From Ktedonobacterales bacterium (GTDB taxonomy: Bacteria > Chloroflexota > Ktedonobacteria > Ktedonobacterales > JADMIN01), in NCBI GenBank assembly GCA_030167145.1, contig CP126532.1, positions 1,380,001 through 1,412,000 on the forward strand: a DNA stretch of 32,000 nucleotides. Direction: 5' to 3'. The notes beneath the pieces are model-generated. The model ran no database searches, was not told the DNA's origin, and saw only the letters and a program-made list of their open reading frames with translations. The position numbers and the translations under genes are program-made. Positions 25,187 to 32,000 of this stretch are shown piece after piece. Position 1 is the stretch's first letter. Each line of letters begins with the position of its first letter.

Positions 25187-26479
25187 TCAGGCGTGGAGAG
25201 GAAGCGCCGCCGCTCCTTTCTGGTAGCGGTAGCCATCCCCCCGATGGAGGGGCTGACAATACCGCACGTGAATGCCCTGAATCGTGCCGGTCGCTGTAGT
25301 GAGATTGCAGGATCCGGTGGCGCGCACCGCCAGCCGTCCCACATACACCCCGGCTTTGGCGCTGCTCGCTGGCACCACAGCTCGTACGATGTCCCCAGTG
25401 CGGAAGTCGCCCACCACGCTGGTGGCTTTGGGGGCTTTGTCCGGGAAGCCGTAGGCGTTGGTGCGGCACATCTGGCGGCTATGCCGTCCGGTCGCCATAA
25501 TCTGAAGCGGCGCCACACCGGCGACCGTCAGGGTGGGCGGCGTGCTGGCACCGACACAGGCGGCATCGAGCCAGTGCGTCTTGGGCAGCCCGCGCTGGGT
25601 GCGGTTCCACTTCGTGCGGCCGCCCGTGCCCACCTCGACGGGTAGCCCGGTCGTCTCCAGGCGACGATACAACGCCCAGCGGGTCGCGTTGACCGCTGCC
25701 GCATCTCGCAATGGCTGTCGGGCCTGCTCGTGGACCTCAGGATAGCCGAACTCAGCGGCAGTTTGCGTGCCCTTGGCGGTGTTGCAGGCTGCGCACGCCA
25801 GCGTGAGGTTGCTCACCTGGTCGCTGCCGCCGCGTGCCTTGGGCATGATGTGCTCGATCTGCAACGGCACGCCGGTGATGCCGCAGTAGGCGCACCGGCG
25901 CTCCCATTTCTCCAAGAGGTATTCCCGCACTTCGTAGCCTGCCAGTTCTCCCTGCTGGTACGCGACGCCGCTGATTTCGGGAGAGACCAACCGCTGGGTG
26001 TCGAACTTGACCAATTCCTGGGCGAGCGCCCCGATGGGCGCGAGACGCCGCAGGCGCGTGACCCAGGTGAGGATATTGGCCAGGCGGCTCTCCAAGGACG
26101 GGGGCAGCCAACCCTCGCGCCGTCTGCGGTTGGCGAAGCGGGCGGGGCGGTAGCGGGTATGGCGCTGCCGTCGCGAGCGGCGGCACATCCGCCGCTGGTC
26201 GAGCCGGTCTTTGACCTGCTGGCCCCGATGGGTCAGTTCCCCAGCCCAGACCACCTGCCCGGTCGCATCGTTGACCACCGCCAGCCCGGTGGTCCGGCTG
26301 CCCGGATCCAGCTTGAGCCGCAGCGGAGGTGGTAGCGCATCGGCTACCGCCCGCTTCAAGATGAGCGTGAACGGGTAGCGATGCCAGACAGCGGCCTTCC
26401 CCTCGGTGAGCAGCCGCCGCGCCCGCGCCGGGTGGCACGGACTGAGCGGCCTGTGCTCGGTGTCTACTACGAAGATCAT
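25187..26479 (-). CDS. iscB: IscB: OMEGA-system RNA-guided endonuclease (PLMP domain, split RuvC, inserted HNH, C-terminal TAM-interaction-like domain)
   Basis: MIFVVDTEHRPLSPCHPARARRLL (PLMP-type N-terminus). LKLDPGSRTTGLAVV (RuvC-I Asp). Arg-rich bridge helix RRMCRRSRRQRHTRYRPARFANRRRR. AQELVKFD (RuvC-II Glu). CAYCG...LQIEHIMPKARGGSDQVSNLTLACAACNTAKG (HNH). THWLDAACVG (RuvC-III His/Asp). Confidence 0.9.
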   Translation of the reverse strand: MIFVVDTEHRPLSPCHPARARRLLTEGKAAVWHRYPFTLILKRAVADALPPPLRLKLDPGSRTTGLAVVNDATGQVVWAGELTHRGQQVKDRLDQRRMCRRSRRQRHTRYRPARFANRRRREGWLPPSLESRLANILTWVTRLRRLAPIGALAQELVKFDTQRLVSPEISGVAYQQGELAGYEVREYLLEKWERRCAYCGITGVPLQIEHIMPKARGGSDQVSNLTLACAACNTAKGTQTAAEFGYPEVHEQARQPLRDAAAVNATRWALYRRLETTGLPVEVGTGGRTKWNRTQRGLPKTHWLDAACVGASTPPTLTVAGVAPLQIMATGRHSRQMCRTNAYGFPDKAPKATSVVGDFRTGDIVRAVVPASSAKAGVYVGRLAVRATGSCNLTTATGTIQGIHVRYCQPLHRGDGYRYQKGAAALPLHA

Positions 26480-26900
26480 AATTGCGTGCCCTTTCGGGTG
26501 TCCCTGGTTGCCCAGGTAATGTTCCCCTCGCCAAGGATAGCCGGCGGTTTCAGGTGACGGCGGCACTGGCTGCAACCCCGTGTGCCTGTTTAACCACCGT
26601 CCGCAGCGCGGGGGACTGAGGTGCCATCCCCCGGTGCCTATGCATTCGCCGATATCGTAGCTCTTTTCAGAACTCAGGCTGGTCAGATCCGGGCTTGCTC
26701 CTCACAAGCCCCCGGCTTCAGCCGTGGGGTATCTGACGGTTGTACCTGCCCTTGTTATGCCAGGCGCGCTGTATAGGCATGGGCGCTGTTGTCGTCCCTG
26801 GATGCGCTGCCAGCACACTATAGGATACCCGCTAGCACACGCTTGTGGGAAACGGGCATATATGACACAAGGCCGCGCTGGCTGCGGATTCACGCCATGT
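26480..26900 (-). ncRNA. Candidate omega-RNA scaffold of the IscB element; the 5' boundary and guide position are not determined
   Basis: About 460 bp of non-coding sequence lies directly 5' of iscB on the same strand. Minus-strand hairpins include CCUGG-GCAA-CCAGG (26503-26516, GNRA loop), a 7-bp stem at 26609-26633, and GGGCUUG-UGAGGAG-CAAGCCC (26691-26711) nested inside GGCUG/CAGCC. The position matches the known IscB/omega-RNA arrangement. Confidence 0.45.
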
Positions 26901-26940
26901 TGCTGGCCGAAAAGTGTCCGGTAGCAGTGGGAAGAAAATA

Positions 26941-28137
26941 CTATGCGCGGGGTGAGAAGGATTGGGGTCTGATGGGCAGATACTCATCAATAAGGCGTGC
27001 GGCATGGCGCGAGATGTCTGGGCGCAGGGCATAGTAGGTCATGCGGTCGCGGTCGTAGAGCGTGACGAAGCCAGCGGCGCGGAGGCGGACCATGTGGTGC
27101 TTGGTGGTGGCTTTGGTCAGCCCAAGCGCGGTGGCAAGCTCGGTGAGATACATCTCGCGGTCGCAGAGCAGCCGCAGGATGCGCAGGCGGGTGCTATCGC
27201 CCAGGGCTTCGAAGAAGCGCAGAATCTCTTCGCTGGGGGCGATGGGGTCGCGCTTGCGCCGTTCCTCTTCAAGGATGGTGGCTTCGATGGGGAGGCAGAA
27301 GGTGAGCGTGCCGTGCCAGAAATGATAATACACGGCGGGGCGACTGAAGTAGCTGGGAGCAAAGATGATGCGCCGGAAGCCAGCCGGGCGCTCCCATTCG
27401 ACGCCGCTCATCGCATATTTGATGAAGCGGTCGGTGGGCATCTCGGCGCGCAGGCGTTCGAGCTTGGCGGCTTCGCGGCGCAGCATCGGCGCGACCTGCT
27501 CTAGCTCAGTGGCGAAGACGGCGTCGTTCCACACATGCAGCGCCGCGACCAGCTCGCTTCGCGCGGCTTCGGGGTCGCGCAGGATGGCCGTGACGACGGG
27601 CTGGGTGTCTGCGGGATAGTGGGCGAGGAGCTGCGGCAGTGCCGCACCAGAGCCATCTGTCGTGGTGGCGGCGCTCTCGACGAGCGCGGCGGTGAGGGCG
27701 TCGCGCCAGGTGTCGCCCAGCCCTTCCTGGTCGAGGAGGGTTTCAAAGAACTGTGCGACGGGCATATCGGCGAGCCAGCCGAGGAAGACGGGGATGTCGT
27801 GCGGCTCTGGGGCCAGCGCAACCAGCGAGATGACGGTGCTGTGCAGCGCGCCAGGGTGTGTGCTGCCGAAATAGCGCTCCAGCGTGTCGAGCGCGGCGCC
27901 GTCCTGTGCGGCGCAGAGGGCGCGGGCGGATTCGATCCATGCACGTCCGATGTCGTAGTCGGTGTAGTCGCGCTCTGGCGAAGCGACGGCCACATGCAGG
28001 CTGAGCAGGAAGTCATAAGCCGGTGAGGCGACGATTTCAACCTCTGGCTGGCGCGGACGTCGCAGGTCAACGGCTCGTGGCGGTGTCTGCCGTACGTCTA
28101 GCTGGGTTCCCCCACGACTTCCATTGCTCTTGTCCAT
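26941..28137 (-). CDS. ArsR-type winged-helix regulator with a large N-terminal domain (DUF5937-like architecture)
   Basis: C-terminal FFEALGDSTRLRILRLLCDREMYLTELATALGLTKATTKHHMVRLRAAGFV is an ArsR/HTH_20 motif, preceded by about 300 aa of an uncharacterised helical domain. I prefer the start MDKSNG at 28137. Confidence 0.8.
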   Translation of the reverse strand: MDKSNGSRGGTQLDVRQTPPRAVDLRRPRQPEVEIVASPAYDFLLSLHVAVASPERDYTDYDIGRAWIESARALCAAQDGAALDTLERYFGSTHPGALHSTVISLVALAPEPHDIPVFLGWLADMPVAQFFETLLDQEGLGDTWRDALTAALVESAATTTDGSGAALPQLLAHYPADTQPVVTAILRDPEAARSELVAALHVWNDAVFATELEQVAPMLRREAAKLERLRAEMPTDRFIKYAMSGVEWERPAGFRRIIFAPSYFSRPAVYYHFWHGTLTFCLPIEATILEEERRKRDPIAPSEEILRFFEALGDSTRLRILRLLCDREMYLTELATALGLTKATTKHHMVRLRAAGFVTLYDRDRMTYYALRPDISRHAARLIDEYLPIRPQSFSPRA

Positions 28138-28203
28138 ATGCTGCCGCTCCACTTCCCCAGGCGCACTCTGCGCCCGCACTGCCACCAACACCCGTCTTGC
28201 CAG

Positions 28204-28228
28204 GACGTTCTACGACGTTCTAACGTTC
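28204..28228. promoter_or_regulatory. Direct repeats GACGTTCTA x2 (10-bp period) plus a third ACGTTC, upstream of the ArsR/DUF5937-like gene
   Basis: GACGTTCTA at 28204-28212 and 28214-22, and ACGTTC at 28223-28. The repeats lie 67-90 nt upstream of the minus-strand start at 28137. Confidence 0.4.
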
Positions 28229-28312
28229 GATACTACTACCTTATGCTCACCATCGTTCGCCGTTCATCATACGTCGCGATGCCTCAACGCGCAATGGCAT
28301 ACATCAGCACGA

Positions 28313-28332
28313 GGCGGACAGGAATGTCCGCC
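28313..28332 (-). terminator. Hairpin GGCGGACA-GGAA-TGTCCGCC downstream of the GH15 gene
   Basis: 8-bp perfect GC-rich stem, 34 nt past the stop at 28366. There is no canonical trailing U-tract on the minus strand. Confidence 0.45.
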
Positions 28333-28365
28333 CTACCAGAGGTCGGCATTGCAAAAAAAGGACTT

Positions 28366-30444
28366 TCATGATGGCGGTTGGGCGCGCAGGATGCCTTCCT
28401 GGGCGCGCTGGAGCGTGACAGCGCAGTTGATGAGGCCGATATGGGTGAACGCCTGGGGGTAGTTGCCAAGCTGTTCGCCGGTGGCGGGGTCCAGTTCTTC
28501 GGAAAAGAGGCCGAGCGGACTGGCGTGGCTGAGCAACATCTCGAAGCGTTCGCGCGCTTCTTCGATACGGCCGAGGTAGCAGAGATTCTCGACCATCCAG
28601 AAGGCGCAGGCCAGAAACGAGCCTTCCGTGCCGGGGAGGCCATCATCGGCGGCGGCGCTAGGCGCGCTGTTTTCGCCATCGCCCGCGCCGTCACTGATCG
28701 TGCGGTAGCGGTAAACGAGCGCGTCCGCGCCGGAGAGCACACGCATCGTCGCGGCGACGGTGCCAGCGGTGCGGGCGTCTTCCCAGTGGAGGAAACCGAC
28801 GAGCGGGATACGCAGGTTCGCGGCGTCCAGTACGGTGGAATCGTAGGATTGCACGAAAGTGTTGAACTGCTCGTTGTAGCCGTGCGCCAGCACATCCGCC
28901 GCGATGGCGACGCGCGAGGCGTGCCAGCGGGCGAGCGCGGCGTGATGGCCGTGTCGCGGAGCCATGCGACAGGCGCGGTCGAGCGCAACCCAGCACATCA
29001 CGCGGGAATAGACGAAGGCGCGGGGGTCGCCGCGCACCTCCCAGATGCCGCGATCCAGGTCGCGCCAGTGCGCGGAAACGTAGTCGGCGACGGTGGCGGA
29101 GAGAGTGCGCATGTCCCGCTGGGGGAGGGAATCGAGACGCATATGGGCATGGGTGGCGTAGGTATAGGCGGCGTCGAGCAGTTCGCCATACACGTCGAGC
29201 TGGCGCTGATGCGCCGCGCCGTTGCCAAGACGGACGGGCCGTGAGCCGCGATAGCCTTCCAGGTGCGCTAGCTCTTGCTCGTCGAGGGCATGATTTGTTT
29301 CGCCGCGAATGCCGTACATGATGCGGATGTCGTCCCCGGACTTGATTTGCAGATCGTGCAGGAAGTGAAAGTAGTCGCGCGCTTCGCCGGTGTAGCCGAG
29401 ACGTCCGAGCGCGCCGAGCGTGAAGGCGGAATCGCGCAGCCAGGTGTAACGATAATCCCAGTTGCGGACGCTGCCGATGGCTTCGGGGAGCGAGGTGGTG
29501 GGCGCGGCGACGATTGCGCCGGTCGGTTCGAAGGTGCAGAGCTTGAGCGCCAGCGCGGAGCGGAGGACCGCGAACTGGTAGGTGCCGGTGTAGTGGCAGG
29601 CCGCGCCCCAGGTGCGCCAGTAGGTGAGCGTTTCATCGAGGTCATGCTGGAAGGGCTGCGCGGCAAGCTGGCGCAACAGATCATCGGCCTCAGCCTGGCT
29701 GCGCGCGTAGTTGAGCTGAGCGATGATGCCGCCGCCCGCGTGTAGGGTCGCGCGGACGCGAAGGACCGAGTTGTTGTCTTCCAGGGCGATGGGTGGCTCG
29801 CCGCGTGTGGAGGGGTGCAGGTAGCGCGCGGTGAAGACGAGATAGCGCTCGCCGTCGGTCAGAATCGCGCCGACCGCATCGTCATTGAGATTGTGCCAGG
29901 TGATGGTGGGCTGGCGGCGCGCGTAGTCGAAGGTGACTTTGAGGACCAATTCAACGGGCACGCTGCCTTCGAGGCAGGTGGCCATCCGTGTGACACGGTG
30001 CGCGGCGGCGACATCGTTGCCAATCTCGCGCTCCAGGCCGGCGTCAAGGCCGTGGGGGATGCCTTGCAGCAGTGCGGGCACGCGTTGCAAGGCGTGCAGG
30101 CTCTTTTGACGCTTGCGAATGGGCATGAAATCGAGCAGGCGCATACGGCCATGCTCGCTGCTGAAGGTCGTTTCGAGGACGTTGGTTTCGGGCAGGTAGG
30201 TCATCGAAGCCTGTGCCTGGTCTGTGGGGCTGATGCGGAAGTAGCCGCCTTTGTCGGCATCGAGCAGGCGCAGAAAGATCGCCGGACTATCGAAATGGGG
30301 GAAGCAGAGCCAGTCAATCGAGCCATTCGGCGCGACCAGCGCGGCGGTGCGGCAGTCGCCGATAGCGCCATACGCGCCGATGGGGTAGTAGCGCGGCTCA
30401 TGGTCTGCCCCAATCTGAGCCTCCACACGTCCTGACGGTCGCAT
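28366..30444 (-). CDS. Glycoside hydrolase family 15 protein (glucoamylase/trehalase-like)
   Basis: N-terminal YPIGAYGAIGDCRTAALVAPNGSIDWLCFPHFDSPAIF and catalytic-domain motifs (WDYRYTWLRDSAF, QLDVYGE, EELD...G..LGNYPQAFTH) are typical of GH15. GAGAGGAGG RBS lies before the ATG at 30444. Confidence 0.9.
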   Translation of the reverse strand: MRPSGRVEAQIGADHEPRYYPIGAYGAIGDCRTAALVAPNGSIDWLCFPHFDSPAIFLRLLDADKGGYFRISPTDQAQASMTYLPETNVLETTFSSEHGRMRLLDFMPIRKRQKSLHALQRVPALLQGIPHGLDAGLEREIGNDVAAAHRVTRMATCLEGSVPVELVLKVTFDYARRQPTITWHNLNDDAVGAILTDGERYLVFTARYLHPSTRGEPPIALEDNNSVLRVRATLHAGGGIIAQLNYARSQAEADDLLRQLAAQPFQHDLDETLTYWRTWGAACHYTGTYQFAVLRSALALKLCTFEPTGAIVAAPTTSLPEAIGSVRNWDYRYTWLRDSAFTLGALGRLGYTGEARDYFHFLHDLQIKSGDDIRIMYGIRGETNHALDEQELAHLEGYRGSRPVRLGNGAAHQRQLDVYGELLDAAYTYATHAHMRLDSLPQRDMRTLSATVADYVSAHWRDLDRGIWEVRGDPRAFVYSRVMCWVALDRACRMAPRHGHHAALARWHASRVAIAADVLAHGYNEQFNTFVQSYDSTVLDAANLRIPLVGFLHWEDARTAGTVAATMRVLSGADALVYRYRTISDGAGDGENSAPSAAADDGLPGTEGSFLACAFWMVENLCYLGRIEEARERFEMLLSHASPLGLFSEELDPATGEQLGNYPQAFTHIGLINCAVTLQRAQEGILRAQPPS

Positions 30445-30491
30445 CCGCACGCCTCCTCTCCACACCGGTTGTGATAGGTATACCATCCCAT

Positions 30492-30510
30492 GGGCGTCCG
30501 TCGAACGCCC
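30492..30510. repeat. Degenerate REP-like palindrome copy e (GGGCGTCC-GTC-GAACGCCC)
   Basis: 6-bp perfect stem plus one mismatch, the same core as the other copies. It lies in a divergent intergenic region. Confidence 0.6.
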
Positions 30511-30671
30511 GTGCAAACAGAATGCGTTTATGCCTGAAGGGCTGCACGCACCCGGCGGTCTTTGCGTGGCGCATATACTATATCGAGTACATACGACTCT
30601 ATGGACAGCATACCGCATCGCGCACCTATCTCATACTGCGAGATTGTCGCGGAGACGAAGGTGGAGACCGA

Positions 30672-31055
30672 GTGAGCATCGTAAGCCGCTATGTTTGGTG
30701 GCCGGGGCATGATGCGGGCGGTTTGCTGCCGCCGGTGGATGTGCTGGCGGGTGTGCTGGCTCCGGCGATGTGGCGTGTGCCGTCTTCGTGGCCGCCGCTG
30801 ACCGCCGATGAGGCGCTGGTGTATGTGCCGCCGCAGTGGATCGGCGATTGGGAGCACGGGCACGCGCTCGCGCCAGGCTACCAGCATGTGTGGCGTGTAG
30901 CGGTGGCGGCGCTGCTGCCGCTGTCGTCCGCGCCACGAACTGCGCCGTATCGGCCCGCGACCCTGCCAGAGACGGCGACGGGGCCACGGCGCATTGGGGT
31001 ATGGAGCCGTGCGCGGCGGAGTCGTGGTGAACGGGGTGGTGATGGTAGTAGGTAA
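30672..31055 (+). CDS. Hypothetical Trp/Pro-rich protein, translationally coupled to the FHA-PrsW gene
   Basis: The GTG at 30672 has a GGTGGAG RBS 5 nt upstream. G/C-ending codon bias is strong. The stop at 31053-55 lies 14 nt inside the next ORF. I recognise no motif. Confidence 0.45.
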   Translation: MSIVSRYVWWPGHDAGGLLPPVDVLAGVLAPAMWRVPSSWPPLTADEALVYVPPQWIGDWEHGHALAPGYQHVWRVAVAALLPLSSAPRTAPYRPATLPETATGPRRIGVWSRARRSRGERGGDGSR

Positions 31056-32000
31056 GCGGTTGCGATTGGGGTGGCGACACGAGTCGTTGCCTACGCTAGA
31101 GGTGCTGGGGACGCCCAGCGTTGCGGTGCTGCGGGCGCGTGAATACGGTATCGGCATCGCCGATAGCGCAGACGTGCGCGGGCTGCGTGGTGGACGGGTG
31201 TTTCTGGCGGGCGGGCGTGTCTTTGCCATCTCTGGTGATGTGGCGACCCTGGGCCGCGACCTAAAGAATAGCGTGGTGCTGCTCGATCCCGCCGTCTCGC
31301 GCGAACACGCGCGGCTGCGACGCATCGCCGGCGGCTGGCTGGTCGAGAATGCGTCGGCGCGCGGGCCGGTCTGGGTGGGTGAGCGGCGGCTCGCGCCCGG
31401 CGAGATGACGGAGATTTTGCCAGGGGAATGGCTGACACTCGGCGACACGCAACTGCAATTCCTCGCGCCGGAGCTACGCGCCAGCGCAGCGGACACACCA
31501 GGTGAAGCGCCAGCGGGCAGCAGCGGGACGCGCGTGCTGGGGCTGGGGATCACGCTGCAATTCGCGCTGCGCGAGAAGCGCGGCGCACGCGCGTGGTGGG
31601 CCTTCGCGCTGGTCGTTCTGGGACTGCTGCTGGCGAGCGCGCTGGTGACGTTGGGCACGGTGGCTCTGGTGGGGCGCGACGCGGCGGCGGCCAGTGGCGT
31701 TGGGCATGTGCTGGCGGCGCTGACGATTCCGCTAGCGCCCGCGCTGGGCGCGCTCCTGTTGGTCGCGGCGTTCGACCGCTACGAGCGCGAGCCGTGGCTG
31801 CTGCTGCTGGGCGCATTCGTGTGGGGCGCGCTGGTGGCTATCCCACCGGCGTTTTTCGTGGAGCATGCGGTGAGCGGGCTGCTGCTGGGGATAGTTCCCA
31901 CTGCGGCGGGACCGCTGCCAGGGTTGGGCGCGGCGGCGGCGCAGGCGCTGAGCGCGGGCCTGACGGAAGAAGTGACCAAGGGCGCTGGGCTGCTGCTGCT
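31042..32000 (+). CDS. FHA domain fused to a PrsW-family intramembrane protease (3' end outside the window)
   Basis: Hand-translated frame (absent from the track because it is open-ended). FHA: LGRDLKNSVVLLDPAVSREHARLRRIAGGWLVENASARGPVWVGERRL...LGDTQLQF. Then TM helices carrying the PrsW motifs FDRYEREP and LTEEVTKGAGLLLL (EExxK). No stop occurs up to 32000. Confidence 0.75.
   Translation, partial: MVVGKRLRLGWRHESLPTLEVLGTPSVAVLRAREYGIGIADSADVRGLRGGRVFLAGGRVFAISGDVATLGRDLKNSVVLLDPAVSREHARLRRIAGGWLVENASARGPVWVGERRLAPGEMTEILPGEWLTLGDTQLQFLAPELRASAADTPGEAPAGSSGTRVLGLGITLQFALREKRGARAWWAFALVVLGLLLASALVTLGTVALVGRDAAAASGVGHVLAALTIPLAPALGALLLVAAFDRYEREPWLLLLGAFVWGALVAIPPAFFVEHAVSGLLLGIVPTAAGPLPGLGAAAAQALSAGLTEEVTKGAGLLL

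Larger units (their letters stand above)
25187..26900 (-). mobile_element. IS200/IS605-superfamily IscB (OMEGA) element, minimum extent; no tnpA, LE/RE not defined
   Basis: iscB plus the upstream structured non-coding region. No Y1 transposase ORF is present anywhere in the window. Confidence 0.5.

Noticed and set aside
25159-25518. N-terminal 120-aa extension of the proline-rich ORF
   Set aside because: It overlaps the 3' third of iscB in another frame. The iscB frame there encodes a conserved-looking C-terminal domain, so the extension is most likely a GC-driven open frame.
26480-26575. N-terminal 32-aa extension of iscB in the ORF track (MQPVPPSPETAGYPWRGEHYLGNQGHPKGHAI)
   Set aside because: IscB homologues begin at the M(I/V)FV...PL.P.HPARAR segment, which here is the ATG at 26479. 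The extension overlaps hairpins of the presumed omega-RNA 3' end.
28378-29244. 288-aa ORF on the plus strand (also 29275-29745 and 29815-30435)
   Set aside because: All three are antisense to the GH15 gene and have low-complexity G/A/R/E-rich products.
30528-31658. 376-aa ORF on the minus strand
   Set aside because: It is antisense to the FHA-PrsW gene and its coupled upstream ORF. The composition is Arg/Pro/Ser-rich with no motifs.
1-32000. Search for a tnpA (Y1 transposase) or RAYT gene, tRNA, rRNA or cas genes
   Set aside because: No ORF has HUH/Y1 motifs, I found no cloverleaf-like or rRNA-like segments in the intergenic regions I inspected, and no cas-like genes are present. I therefore make no such calls.

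Overview
This is a high-GC bacterial chromosomal window. Gene content and style (GGAGG-type ribosome-binding sites, proline-rich membrane proteins) suggest Chloroflexota/Ktedonobacteria or Actinobacteria, but I cannot verify the taxon. I support about 35 protein-coding genes and found no rRNA, tRNA or CRISPR array. Most genes are housekeeping or accessory metabolism: ftsH, a MoxR ATPase, an MFS transporter, an aldehyde dehydrogenase with a PucR regulator, a GH15 hydrolase, a hemerythrin/AhpD-like pair and several unknown membrane proteins. The standout is an apparently intact, solo IscB (OMEGA-type RuvC+HNH RNA-guided nuclease, IS200/IS605 superfamily) at 25187-26479 on the minus strand. It is preceded by about 460 bp of hairpin-rich non-coding DNA that is the expected position of its omega-RNA. 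No TnpA is present and the element ends are unresolved. Other items worth a second look: a dispersed REP-like palindrome family (GGGGCGTCC-N3-GGACGCCCC, 5 copies); a 14-bp x7 tandem array between convergent genes; an ArsR / zinc-ribbon / DUF302 / rhodanese / membrane-protein cluster with a perfect palindromic operator candidate (possible reactive-sulfur module); an FHA-PrsW fusion protease (runs off the window) translationally coupled to an unknown small ORF; paired TTACC-N18-GGTAA sites between a CGNR zinc-finger gene and a DinB-like gene; and a conserved CGTAGTrGATGA motif upstream of three minus-strand genes. Many long ORFs in the track are antisense or alternate-frame artefacts of the high GC content and were rejected. 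All functional calls come from motif recognition by eye, with no database search.
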